Source: Spizellomyces punctatus DAOM BR117
Taxonomy: Eukaryota
Length of the DNA: 64,000 nucleotides
Assembly (NCBI GenBank): GCA_000182565.2
Contig: KQ257457.1
Strand: one strand, 5' to 3'
Both the position numbers and the translations under genes were made by a program. The notes beneath the pieces were generated by a model. It was not told the origin of the DNA, searched no databases, and saw nothing but the letters and a program-made list of their open reading frames with translations. Position 1 is the stretch's first letter, and every line of letters starts with the position of its first letter. Of the stretch, positions 1 through 15,123 are shown in pieces.

Positions 1-341
<341 letters not shown>

Positions 342-492
342 TTTGTTGTCACTGAACTACGAGCAAAATCGAGAGTCCGCAGGTAATTGGGATTCTGCTG
401 GCTGTGCCATCGGCGTGATTTGATGAGCGTTTGCGTTTTTGTGTGTCGGAGAGTGCTGGCACACTTTTGCATCCACAAGACCTTTTTGTACA

Positions 493-1675
493 ATGTACGG
501 GCCACAGTTACCGCCGTCCCGTAGGGAAAGCTCCCCAGAAGAAGCAGATATTGGACCAAAATCACCACCCTCACCCTCACCCTCACCCGAAATCGGCCCG
601 TCGCGTCCACACATCACAGCAACCCCACCAGAACAGGAAGCTACAGCAAACGATGGCACCAATTCGAGCAGCGAAGAGGATACCTTTGGTCCGTCTCTTC
701 CTCCCCGCCTCCTCGCTGCACGTCAAAAACAACGGCAAGGGGCATCTCCCCCAGCACGACGAAAACTCGTTGCGGGTCCAGCAGCTCCTCCTCCTCCAGG
801 ATTTTTACAGCATGCAGAAGTAGATAGTGACGATGAGGTGGGACCCAAACCTGCTCCGAGGAATGGGGAAGACGAGGTTTGTGGAAATATTACATAATGA
901 TGTTGTCCACCGTGATGTTGATACGAAGTATATGTCTAGTTAGACGATCTACAAAGTCGAATAGCAGAATTTGAGGAACGAGAGCGGCGAGCCAAGGAGG
1001 AAGCGGAGAATGCATCCCGTCCCGAGAAGATCGTGAGAGGAGATTGGATGCTGGTACCGCCAGAAGCGAATAGGCTACCAATAGGTGAGAAAGCATTAGT
1101 CTCTGTTCTCTCTGACTGGACAGTACCTAATGCTCCAAAATTGTAGCAATGGGGTCAATGAAATCACGCCAATTCAGCAAGTCGTCTACTGAGAAGGATA
1201 TTGATCAATCTGGATGGACGGAGACACCGCAGGATAGAGAAAAGAATGCTGGCCAAAAGGTAGTTTGCAGTATTATTCAGCCCATGTCGGTAATGAAGGC
1301 GTAATGTATATTATCCTCAGCGTAAGCGACCACCTAAAGACGAACCCAGACCACCAACCGAAGAAGAGCTCCGAACTCGAGAATTTGTTAAAAGACACAC
1401 TGTGAGTACCAATTACACATCCATCTGTATTATCATATCTCACAACAGTGATATAACAGGAAAAACACCGTGGAAAGGCATTAATGGACCAACATATGTC
1501 AACATACATTCGCAACGGACGACTGGACGAGGAAGACGTTAGCAAACGCAAGTTTGACAGGGAGCAGGATATGGGGGGCTCGCGGCGCATTGATGCAAAG
1601 TCTAGACAGGAGATGCTGGATCAAGCAAGAAAATTGGATTCAAAGTTTGGACATGGAAGGAAAACATTTTTGTAA
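493..1675 (+). CDS. GPALPP motifs-containing protein (DUF3752 family), multi-exon
   Basis: Repeated GPxLPP-like motifs (YGPQLPP, FGPSLPP, VGPKP), an REDWMLVPP segment, and a C-terminus ...RKFDREQDM...LDSKFGHGRKTFL typical of DUF3752/GPALPP1. Confidence 0.8.
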
Positions 1676-2317
1676 AATGCGGCAGGCAATGCAAGTAATT
1701 GTAAATAGGAAATGATAGGTTTGGGATCTGAACCGATTGACAGATTTCTTCACAATGTCCAAGAACCACTGTCGTCTAATGTCCTTCATCCGAACCACGT
1801 CACCAGTCTCCATAACCATCAAACGTCGTCCAAAATTGGTTCCTCGGATTGGTATCTGTCGCCAACCTAAGCTTGTTCCTTATCGACTGTACGACATGCA
1901 CGTCACCTCTTGCTAATTCTGTATAATGATTTTTGCCAACTAGCTCAGCTTATCAGATAGCGACGATCGGAAACAGCACTGTTTGCAAGCGTGTTTTGGG
2001 CCCACAACCCTTTAACGGCTAATGCGTGGACGCTGACAATAGTGCTGCCGAACATGAGAACACAAAAATGCAAAGAGTAAATGCAGTATCAAGCCCATAG
2101 AAACTGACAACTGAACCGATGCTTTCGTGGTGACATATCTTTAACAAATGTCCTCAACCCGACCCTAGATTTCGCGTAAGCGACGCCCAACCGACACGGA
2201 GCTAAGCCACCGATCCGGTTTCGAAAAGATCGGAAGACTTTGCCTCGTGTTCCGCCGTCATCTCCATCAAATGTCTTAGATTATACTCGACGATTCTCAC
2301 TTGATATCCGATTCTTC

Positions 2318-4833
2318 ATGTCCCGCCTAAAAGCTTTCAATCGCCGCTGGGATATTGCGTCCGACGACCTCTTTATACCTCTATTTTATTCCCTCCTATT
2401 CCACCTCATATGGCATGTTTTCCATATATTCTACCATTGCCAAACACTGATAACCTCCATGACAGGCTCATCTTTGTCACCATCGTGATTGCCACACATG
2501 GAGAATGGATTCCTATTCCATACATTCCGATATTTTATTGTTTTGTCGTCGCATGTTTACTTATTGAGGGAATTGGGATGATCATTTCTCTGAGGGGGAC
2601 CGTGGCAGACGAGCGGCCAAGGAGGAGGATGAGGTGTGTTGATTTCTTTCATAAATTCAGGAGAGGATTTAGATTAATTTCAATGGGTTCGTCAGAAATC
2701 TGGTCGAGATACATTCAGTGATGACTCTTTTGGAACTGGTAAGGACTGCCACGCATGTTTGCTTTCAGAATTAAATAGCAAGGTTCCAACTATCATCTAT
2801 AGCCACTCGAAATCTACACACTGTACTTTACAATTCACACACTTAAAACTATCACCCACCTCGCCCTGCTCATCCTCCTCATCATTTCGACGCTGTTAAC
2901 AGCATTATTGACTCTGCTTCACCTTCTTGCTATCCTAGCTCTATATATTGTATCCTGCCCAGTAGTAAAAGATGAACAAGCAGCCTACGAATCGACGCAG
3001 AGACTTTGGCAAAGACGCTTACGCCGGCTATTCAGCTTTGGTGGAAAATGGGTGGCTGGACAGGACGTCATGGAAGAGGTTGCGAGATTTTTCGGGGAGT
3101 ACTTTGACGGCGTTGATTTGGCACCATCAGATGTTTTGGTTGGCTGTATGTACGTAAGTTGGACCATGAACAGTTGACGCCGCCCTAACTGGCGTGTTTC
3201 AACAGTAGCGTTACTACGCAAAGTCCAGCAAGAAAGTGCAAAGCAGCACGCCCGAGAGCGCAGACAAGACGCGATTCCTTTGGTTGCTCAACAGAACCCA
3301 CAAGGTGAAGATGCAGCACCAGTCAGCACTGGTCAAGGGACCGATTCCGCCCAACTGGAGGATAGGGAACTAAGTTCGAGGGAAGACGAACGGGAAGAAG
3401 AGGCGGAGCCCGTCCCACTGTCGCCCATTCACCAATCGGGGCGTGCTAACGAAGCGATCGTGGACAAAGCCGACCTAAGCAACGCCCTCCACTTTCTCAA
3501 TTATGCGCAAGCAATCTATGGCCTTCCGCTCACCTTCGCGGAAAATCCATTTTCAACACTCAAGGCAACATGCGGTAGTCTTTGTTGCGCCTGCTGTGTT
3601 GGTTGCATCCCACACCCTAAGCCCACGCCTACCAAAGAAGTCTGGCAAGCCGTTGCAACGGAGGGTGGCCTGTTCCCATTTTTGGGCACAAGTACGGATT
3701 CGTTGGAATCAGGGGAGGTCGGCGAAGATATTCAAACAGTTCACAAGAAGCTTCATTCCGACCTCATCTACATATCGCACATCAACTCCCCTTTTCGATC
3801 ACCATTCTTTGTCTCTCTTGATCACCAGTCCCGCAGCGTCGTAGTCGCGGTCCGCGGCACGTTCTCTACTGCCGATGTATTGGTGGATCTGAGTTTGCAG
3901 GTGACGGATTTGGAATTATGTGACGGAGGAAAGCATTGGGCTCATACGGGGATGCTGAAGACAGCGAAAAATTTGGTCAAAGAGATGGACAAAAGGGGCG
4001 TCTTAAAGAGACCCGAACTGGAAGCCGATGAGAACGGAAGAAGCAAGTATCGGGTTTGCGTTGTTGGACATTCACTTGGTGCTGGTATCGCAGCGCTAGT
4101 GTGTCACATTCTTCGTCGCACCTCGCATGCTGGTGCAATATGTTATGCATATTCCCCACCAGGATGTCTCCTCTCATCGGATGCATCAATTCACTTTCAG
4201 CAATTTTGCACCTCTATCATCCTCAACGATGATCTCGTACCACGTCTAAGCCGCACGTCCCTGGAGCGTGCAAAGAGAGATGTCGCATATCTGTGTGGGC
4301 ATAGCAATGTGCATAAACTCCACGTGCTGGCTGCAGGTTTTGGTTTGGGGTGGACGAAGCGGTGGACAAGAGGAGAAGGTGTCGTGGAATGTGAGGAGGA
4401 TGTATTACGAGTCAGAGAAAACGAAGAACAGAAAATGGCCGAGACGACCTCCAGTGAGTGTATTGTGGATCTTCCTCGCCAGGAGGAAGTGCCCGCAGAC
4501 GACAACGTGCAGGCCGAGGCAGCATCACCCACGGGTGGAACTACTGTCGAAGTGCGCAAATCCGTACAGATGTATGTTCCTGGAACAATCATCCACATTG
4601 TCCGTCTATCACCTCTTGGCATCCCGAAAGCACGTTCAAACAAGAAGTACAATCGCCGACACCCTCCACCACGATACACAGCGCGCTGGGCAGATAAAGC
4701 GGACTTTACTGAAATTCTGCTCTCACGGAGTATGTTGATGGATCATTTCCCATATAACGTGCGCAAGGGCTTGAACGAGGCCTTAGAGACGTTCACTGCT
4801 GCGGAAGCAATCGGACACGACGTATTAGAGTAA
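2318..4833 (+). CDS. sn1-diacylglycerol lipase-like protein (N-terminal TM helices plus class 3 lipase domain)
   Basis: N-terminus MSRLKAFNRRWDIASDDLFIP resembles the DAGL start. Also hydrophobic helices, DLAPSDVLVG, VVAVRGTFSTADVLVDL, AHTGML, catalytic GHSLGAG, YAYSPPG, DDLVPRLS and MLMDHFP. Confidence 0.85.
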
Positions 4834-4899
4834 TCTCAAAAATGACAAGTACAACTGTATCTATCTTACTTCCAAATACATTACATTTATAACTTCCAA

Positions 4900-5543
4900 T
4901 TATTTATTAAACCCAGGAAAGACTTCTTGAAAGGTTGGTGTTTGTCCCCATAGTGCCGTATTCACATCCAACTCCTTTCTCGAGAGAGTCTCCCTTCGGC
5001 TACAAATGTCCCGACAAATTGCCTCTCTGACCGTGTAATCCTTTTCCAGTGTACGGACATAGTCTACGCAAAGGAGAATCATGTCGCGGGGAATCTGTGC
5101 AGTTGGTGAAACATGCGAATCCTTCACATGCAAATTAGTCAGTGCACGTACAGCTTTCCAGCAAGGGACCACCTTGCAACTTACGCTAAGTTGATCGAGA
5201 TCCAAATCTTGGGAGATGTATAGGAGAGTGCGACGATCGGCATAGAATGCGTGCAGCAGGTCTCGCACTAAAGCCAAATATGTTTGCCACATCTGTCATA
5301 AGGGAACAGTTCCGCCGACCCTTACGTTCATCCACAATTATTGCAAGTTTCATGGCGCCACTTCTTGTAACTAGTAACGTAGGATATCGGATGAACGATT
5401 ATGGCCAGATACCATTGAATTTTACCATCTTGGAGAAACGCCCTACCATCTGCATCCATTAATCCCGCCAAAATCTTTTGCCCGTCTCGCACTTTGACAT
5501 TCCAATCCTGCAATCTGTGCATCATCACTATTTTCCGCGCCAT
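4900..5543 (-). CDS. Hypothetical small helical protein (weak resemblance to the CINP/C1orf109 C-terminus)
   Basis: Adjacent minus-strand ORFs 5328-5543 and 4900-5292 fill the gap between two plus-strand genes. Exon structure is not resolved. Confidence 0.4.
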
Positions 5544-5971
5544 GCTGAGAACCGTGAGTGCACCAACCGTTCGCGTGACGCTAGGAATGTCTCTGTCAGA
5601 AGTTCCATTGCTCGTCCGTTGTGAATTGTGATCTGGTGTCTTTAGACTTGATCAGCAATGGGTAACTACATGGCAATTATGATCGTACTTGTGCCTATCC
5701 CGTTCTACAGATACCTTTGCATCCTGCTCGTTACGATAAATGTGACGTTATTTGCCAGGCGGTCAAGAGTAAAGATCTGGTTGCAATTCGGGCGACTTCT
5801 CCAGCGCAAGTCCCTCATCGCATCACGTGTGGAATGGGTTGGACGTGAGCAGACGCGGTTGCTGTCGATCTTGACGTCGTTTCCCGCTGCACACTCGGCT
5901 GCGGTGGGGCAGGAAATGCCACTTTTGCACCTTAAATTGCAACATTTGTAACTAGTCCACATCTCGTTAAC

Positions 5972-8900
5972 ATGAAATTCGGTAGAACGCTTGTCAAGTA
6001 CCAGGTCCCAGAGTGGTCCGCGTAAGTTTTCTCGTCGTGTCCTTTGGTGCGTTCGGCCGTTCACCTTGAACCGGCAGACAATACATTGCATACAAGTCCC
6101 TCAAAAGAGCAATCAAGCATGCAAAGCGACTACTTGATGTCAAAGGTCCTAAAGACAGTGAAACGGAGGAGGCGATTACCGGTGCGAATGTCTTCGTGTG
6201 ATCTACACATACAAGCCAGGAACGATACTCACTTCACCTTAAAGCATTTATCAAAATGGTGGAGATAGAGGCAAAGAAGATCAATGGATTTTGGTCGAAC
6301 CAATACTCTGCAACAGAACGCCGACTTCGTTTGAGTGAGGTTCTCGCTAATGGGACTCCGACAGTTACGGTATTATTTACAGGTTCCCTTCAATGACAGG
6401 CAAAGAGCAACTAGAACAAAAAGATGTCAGATCGATTCCCAACGATGAGGTTGTAGAAACAATAAACGAAATCAAAGTGCAACTTTACCTAGTCCTTCGA
6501 TATCTTGAAATGAACCGAACTGGATTTCGGAAGATCTTGAAAAAGTAGGTCTAGGCCTGCTTCTCCAAGAAGTAAACCATCAGTCTAATCGACCTGCAGA
6601 TTTGACAAGAAACTAGATGTGGAGTTGAGCGAAAAACTATGGGCAGAAAAGGCAGGGGACCGTTTGATGTCGCTCTTGTATCAGCATCTAGAACTGATTC
6701 TGGGTCAAGGTCGCTGTGTACCCATTCTGCACAGACACATCTTTGGAGAACATGTTGCAGGTTGTCGATGATCTGAGCGAAAAGGCTCAGAGTATCCAAC
6801 ATAGTCTATGGGATGATGCACAAGCGACTCCGTCCCCCGATATCCATTATGCATTTCCGGCCGAAGTCCAGGCCGCGCTGAAAGCTGATGATGTCACGCT
6901 ACTGAGTATAGTGATGGAAAAGATTCGATCACCGGCTCCGGGACAGGCTTTGAGTACAGCAGAGGTGGGCGAGTTCCTTTTGTGTATCATTTTACAATAA
7001 TTCACCTTTTCTATGGCTACAGGAGAAGCGCACATACTGCTCTATTCTTGTCAAAGCGTGCCAGAGAAACGCATTGAAGTGCATTGCACATCTCGTTCAG
7101 CAACCGGATCTCGTTAGCACTCCTCTACCCGGTGATATCAATCAGCGAACTATTCTTCATCGGCTAGCTGTGTTGGGTCCGAACCTCCTTCGTCAACCCG
7201 GAGGTGGTATGGTCCCTTCGTCCGGCATCGGAAGGGATGATCCTACTTTACTTCAGTACATTCTCTCCCATATACCAAGCAACGTGGCGAACTCTGCTCT
7301 CCGCGTCAAGGATTTTCTCGGCAGAACGCCTTTGCATTACACAGCCCTTTACGGGATGCCGAGCACAGCGAAGGTGCTCCTTAACTTTTTGTCTGATGGC
7401 ATCCTGAAAGGGAGCCAATGGGTAGATGATGATGGTCACTCCCCTCTTTTCTACGCTGTTGTAAGGGGATTTGTAGACGTTCTGTTGGTGCTATTGCCAA
7501 GATGGAACAATGTCGACGAGCTGGGTGATGGTGCGTCGAATCTTTTGGCACATTGCTTGAGACTGAGCTGACTATGTCATATTAGCCTTCCAAGACACGG
7601 ATCTTGTAGAACATCGACAACTCCAATCGTACGTCGCGGGGCAACAGATCAATCCAGGGGAAAGCGTCTTATCATCTCCTCTCATAACACCATCCCAGTC
7701 CATGGCTGCCCTCATGGACATTCCTCTTCAGCCAACGCGGACGAACCCTAGCACTCCATTGGCATTAGCTTGCACCTTTGGCCATGCTGAAGTGGTCCGT
7801 GTTCTCTTGGAGCACGGGGCAAATAGCAATGTGTGCAATGACGATGGCGAGGTTGGTTGTACAGTTCGTGGTCAAATCCGAGCAATCTCCCTCATCTGAA
7901 ATAAACTGGCAGAGCCCATTGCATCTTTGCGCCCGGGGTGGGCACATCGTCTGTGTGCGGTTGCTGCTAGGACAGGTAGATGGTGCAACATGGGCCAAAG
8001 CGAACTGTGACTCCAAAGATCGATCATTTGGGCGTACACCGCTTTTCTTGGCTGGTGAGCTCTGAAGTATTCTGTGACGGGTAATATTGTTGAGCTGATG
8101 TCGCCTGATCGATCTTCTGGAATAGCAATGGAGGGTCACATTGAATGCGTTAAAGCTTTGCTTGACGCCGGTGCGTCTGTACAAATTGTGGACTCAGCAG
8201 GATTGAATCCACATGAATACGCTGGTATGTTGGATGGCGCCTGTATAACTTACGCCGCATCTCATGGGCATCCTCAACCCAGTGTTCCGAGCTCATAACG
8301 AGGTTGCCGCCATTCTTCGTTCCCACGTTACCCCTTACACGGTCAAGCCCGCAAACATTGAAATCAGCTCGGTCGCGCAAGCTGTGGTCGTCGAAAGAGC
8401 CTACGGACATAGATATTTAAAAGGCCAATCAATGATTCGTCTATATCTTGGATCTCTGGACCTTCGGCGACGAGACCCGCCCGTTCGATTGGACGACAAA
8501 CGTATTCCAGCGCAAATGGCACCAGGAACATTTCGTTTAACTATATCTGCAAAGAACGCGGTGGGAGACCCTGCAATCTTCGATCTTCCGCTTTTAGAGC
8601 CCGTTCCGGAGCCAATTGTGTTTTACGCGGAGAATTTTGAACAAGTCTCTCTGCAGTTTGATATCCACCCTGCATATGGGGAAGCGACAAAGAAAGCTCG
8701 GTTAATTGGCAGGGCCAGCGCGCTTCTTTCCACTGTCAAAACGTCGCTATGGCAGGAAAAGACGCCACTGGGTGGGAGTGTTGATGTACCGATTATGAGC
8801 TCCCATAGTTTGGAGATCATTGGATCCGTGACATTTGAGTTTGTGGTTGTGAAGCCATTTGTGCATGGTAACCTTAAAGGAGATGGAGCGAGAACCTGGA

Positions 8901-10271
8901 GATCGCAAATGACCAAGGTGCTGCCTGTATAATTTGCCCAGCACTAAAAGTCTTATTGATCAATCTGTTTGCCTTCACAGGTCGTTGGACACCGAGGATT
9001 GGGTATGAACAAGGCAGCTCACGTAGCCAACGGACGCGGCCATCTACAGCTAGGGGAGAACACATTGCTCTCCTTCATCACGGCGGGTGCCTTGGGCGCC
9101 GAATATGTTGAATTCGGTGCGTCATCAGTTGTATATTGTAGCCTTTCCAAAGAAACCATCCTGATGCATGTGGTTGACTACAGATGTGCAATTAACGAAG
9201 GATCTGGTTCCTGTACTGTACCATGACTGTAGGTTGTCTTCCTGGCGCTTGATGCAAGAAAAAATTCTCATCATTTTTCGTACAGTTAGGGTATGGGAAA
9301 CCGGTTACCACCTACCTCTAAGTGCCCTAACAGTGGAAGAATTCCTCGCCCTCCGACCTAAAGAACGGCCCTCCCGTAAACTTGCTTGGGCAACCAACGG
9401 ACATTTGCGGCGCACCATGAGTATGAGCGATGCATCCGAAGAGAGTTTGAAGGCGGCTGATGAGCGGGCTTCATGGCCTACTCGTGGGAATGATGACGGG
9501 TCGGTTCAGTTACCATTCGCAACGTTGGAGGAGACGCTAAAGGTGACGGACATGTTTTATGCAGGGCTTGAATAGGTCATTCCCGGGCTGATTTTGCTTG
9601 GTTTGTTTCATTACAGAAAGTGCCAACAAAGATCGGGTTTAATGTTGAAGTCAAATATCCTAATTTACAGGAAGCCGAACAGGATGAGCTCCAAAATGCG
9701 GAAATCAATGTCTTCTGCGACAAGATCTTGGAAGGTATCTTTGATAACGCTGGAGATAGGTATGGCCTTTCGATTGTGTGTGAGTGTGTGCAGACATCTA
9801 TTCTTATGCTTACTGGACTGTGCTTATTAGAAATATATATTTCTCGTCCTTTCACCCGGAAGTCTGTTGGATGTTGAGTATGAAGCAGGTGACTTGTGCG
9901 TCGTTCTGCCCAACCATGAGATCGTAATATTTACACATCGTCATTGTTGCCTATTAAAAAAGAACCACTACCCCGTCTTTTTCTTAACCGAAGGTGGAAC
10001 TGATACCACCTACGACGCTCGCTGCAATTCCCTCCTCGACGCCGTGCGATTCGCAACTCGAGCAGGATGTCTTGGCATCGTAACAAAGGTGGATCCGATT
10101 CTGGAAGCACCTGGGCTGATTCGCGCCATAAGAGAAAGCGGGCTCCTGCTTTTTACCTATGGTGGTTTGAATAACGAGGTGGAGAATGCGAAATTGCAAA
10201 GGAGTTACGGGGTTGATGCTATAATCGTTGATAAAGTTAGGAGTGTTTTTACCGAATTCCAGAAAGTGTAG
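5972..10271 (+). CDS. GDE1: Glycerophosphodiester phosphodiesterase with SPX, ankyrin and GDPD domains
   Basis: SPX start MKFGRT... and MNRTGFRKILKK. Ankyrin repeats (GRTPLHY, GHSPLFYA, TPLALAC). GDPD motifs VVGHRGLG, GENTLLSF, DVQLTKD, GFNVEVKYP and GVDAIIVD. Confidence 0.92.
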
Positions 10272-10458
10272 ATGATTGTGTGGATATTTTGGGTAGAATA
10301 GGACTACGGTAGATGTTGTATTGGACATTGTTTTGTATGAATTGGACTTGAATCATGAGAATTACTAGATCATGACAACGCCAATCGTTTATTCACCTAA
10401 GTATACTCAAACAACATAATTGTCTTGCAAACTTTGCAAAGAAATCATCTCTTATTTC

Positions 10459-11689
10459 TTACAACCGTTCCTTCAAATCTCTCCACTGCTTTTCTCTCAC
10501 CATCTTCGTCCCTGCCATTCTTTTTGACCATGTTGTATGTGGAGGTGGATCAGATACATAGGCTGGTGGATCGTCCACATGCAGTTCGTAGAGGGCTTCT
10601 GAGTATTCCACGACTATTTGTTCCGCTGCTGTTGATATGGGAAGCACTGGTTTGCTTGCTCTTGATCGAGACGATGGTCGTGGTGTGTCACCAGTAGTTG
10701 GTGGAGGTGTGGGTGCTGGTGGGCGAGGCGGAACTTGCTGTTGTTCCTGTTGTGTTGTTTCACTCCCTTTATCCTTTTCGCGATCAATGGGGCCTTGTCC
10801 CTTTCCGATCGGCGGTAATGGATGGTTCTTGGTTTTGGTCCTTAGAGAAGCCTTGGAATGCACCGTATGTGTGGCAAGGGTGTATAATTCTTTCATATCC
10901 AGTTGCAATCCAGCAACGCTCAGGGCCTCTTGCACCAATTCACGCTCCGCCTTAAGATGGTCTATCTCAACCTGCTTCCGTTTGTTGTCCTCGTTGAGCC
11001 GGTCAATGAAGGCTGTGTACTTCTTTTTCTGTTGGTCTAGGAGGAGATAGAGGTGGGGTTCGGATGGGTCTGTTGGTAATGAGGAACCTGTGATTTGAGT
11101 CTCTGGATGGTTGTGGGAGGGCTTCGGGTCAAATGTGTGGACAGATGCTTGCAATTTACTCGTTGTAGGGTCATGCACGTCTAAAATAATCTAGATGGTT
11201 ATGCACTGCTAATGTGAGCCCTTAAAGCTGCAGTACTACTGTACCTCCACCGTCTGCCTTTGTTACAAGTCTCACCGAGAGGTCTGCTCGACATCAGGCG
11301 TTAAGCAACAATCTGGAACAATATCATCTAGCCAAAACAGCACTGACAGTATTCATACCAGAACAAACACTCTGCAACCTTGTAATCTCGCTATGCAGTC
11401 CTTTCAGAACACCCGCATGCTCTTTCTGCAAAAACTCTATTGTCTTCTCTAACGATGTGATCTTCGCTAAAGCTCTTGCATGTGCTTGAGATGACACACT
11501 GCAGCAAGTCATTGTAGCTCGAATTCCAGTCTCTTGCATTGGTTGAAAGGATAGCCCCAGCTGGTTTAAGATTCGTCCTGCTGCATAACCGCTCCCTGTT
11601 TGTTGTTGCTGATGTTGTGGAAGACTGTATTCGGTTCCGCTGTGGAAAAGTGGTACAGGAAGTGGTGTAGTGGCAACGGCGGCAGGCAT
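10459..11689 (-). CDS. Coiled-coil protein with a CCDC92/CCDC74-type N-terminal domain
   Basis: KITSLEKTIEFLQKEHAGVLKGLHSEITRLQ matches the CCDC92/74 coiled-coil signature. A downstream exon (10459-11178) has coiled-coil and Pro-rich segments. Confidence 0.65.
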
Positions 11690-12422
11690 GAGTCGTCAGA
11701 TACAGTAGAAATGAGACCGACAGGGGCGCGAAACAAGAAAAAGCACGAGGTTCAAGAATGTTGATAAATGTAAACGGGGTTTATACAGTCGATTGGGGTT
11801 TTGTTAGTAACTGATTCATTTTAGTTGCCCGTGAGCGTGGAACGAGGGTCTTGCGATGAGTTTATAACTATGCTGTCCCTTTGCATCAAAATATGTACAA
11901 TCACAGCAGTCACCGGCACACTTTGTATTGTAAAGCCTTAAATCGCTCCCATCGTTGACCATCCGTCCCTTGTTATATGTCAACAGCGAGCAGCACAAGG
12001 TGCAAGCGAAAACGATCTTTATCCCGACCATTACATAAGCATTGTGGCAAACGGATGGCTGCATGTGGCGGGTGCTGGCTGTTCAGTCCAAAAGTCGCGA
12101 AAGAAGGACGCACTTTTCACCAAAACAAGCCGAGCTGCACAATAATAGAACGGGCGAGTTGAAATTTCCATCCCGTTTGGCAGAATCATTCTTCCCATCG
12201 GGGCGTCTTACTCTACGACCTTTTGAAGGATTTCCCCTCTCGTCACGTCGGGCTCATAATTTCTAGCCCATCAATAAACTTTTTGGTTGGTACACGGCCG
12301 AACGCGGTGCGCTGCAAAAGACGAAATCACCAGCGTGTCGGAGATGGGATCGTAGCTTGATAGTACTTGCTCAAAACATTCACACTATCTTGTATAGGCA
12401 CCCCCTTTTTATTAAACCAACC

Positions 12423-13807
<1,385 letters not shown>

Positions 13808-14279
13808 AAATTAAATCCCTCAAATTACCCAAAACGGATTTCATCACTCTGTTTTCTTTTTCTAAAAGGCAGTGATTGTACAGTTTTTGAAGCTTTCGCC
13901 TGCCTTTGGCTGACTTGGATGTGTGCTTGGGAGTTATGGGCTGTGCCCTGTCGGTTCTATCGTTATTACGACGCTTGGCCTGATTACATAGGCTGGGATT
14001 GAGAAGGAGAGCTGTATTTTGCTGCGAGTGGTGCTGTAACTCGTTTGCAATTTGATAGCAACAGTTTGAGCCTTCGAGGTGTAATATACCGATGTTCTTC
14101 GTTGAGGTGTGAAATCGTCCTGCTCTCTGTCGATGCATGTTTTGACGATGATTGGGGAGCAAAGGGGACAACCAAGGATGGTCACTGATAAGTTCGCCAC
14201 AAACGTGGAATACACTAGTTGCATAGTTTTGGCTGTTCCCATATTTGTACATCACACTCTCAATCGCGCAAAAACACAT

Positions 14280-14920
14280 TTACACAATATTCCTCAACAC
14301 CAATACAACTATAAGGTGAAAGGGAAGCAGAACCGGATCAATATAGATTCAACAAAACATCATCAACAAAACCACAATGCACCCACCGGAATCTCCTCGT
14401 AAAAACATCTTTGATATAAAGCGGTCCTTGTTGATCGGCTTGGCCTTCTTCACCCCCTTTCCAGTCTTTGGTGTCTCTGCCAAATTAAAGTGTCAACCAA
14501 TATGCGCCATTTGGGTAAAACATAATAGTTCCCAAAAAAACCAACCTGTCCACATCTCCTTTACGTTCTCCAAAACCATGTTACAGTGCCGGTCACTAGA
14601 TTCGCAAATGGTGAGCTCAACGAAATTCTCGCACTACGATCAGTTGCGTTGTAGATATGCGTACAAAGCTTTTACTCGAGCAAGCAGTTTACGATTGTTT
14701 CGACACATGATTAAGATTTGAGAGTTGTTTTTGACAGACTAGATAGAGAGATGCTTTAATAACCATATTCCTCGGTGCACGTTGACGAAGCGAGGTAGGT
14801 TGCGTTGCACACAATAATGTTTACCTGCGTCAATACGGACAATGGTCCTGTTTGGAACTCGGCTTCCTCTTGGGCAGCGAGTTCCGCTTCTGTCATTTCG
14901 CTCTTTGCTTTTGCAGACAT
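14280..14920 (-). CDS. SMD2: Small nuclear ribonucleoprotein Sm D2 (5 exons; not in the ORF track)
   Basis: Spliced translation: [32 protein letters not shown] / [25 protein letters not shown] / [17 protein letters not shown] / [29 protein letters not shown] / VVLVLRNIV*. Confidence 0.95.
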
Positions 14921-15123
14921 TTTTGAACGATGCTAGGGAAAGTTGTGTGTGTCGTGTGCTATTTTGCGGCTGGTGAGAGAGGATGGGGATGGGACTGGGA
15001 TGTTGATCTGACCTGTGGGTCTCGTTGAGCTTGCCCCTCCAAGTCTTGTTGTCTTGGCAACCACGCACAGTCAACTGCAGCACCTCATCAGTTCCAATAA
15101 CTGACCTTTCCACCCAAGAGCTC

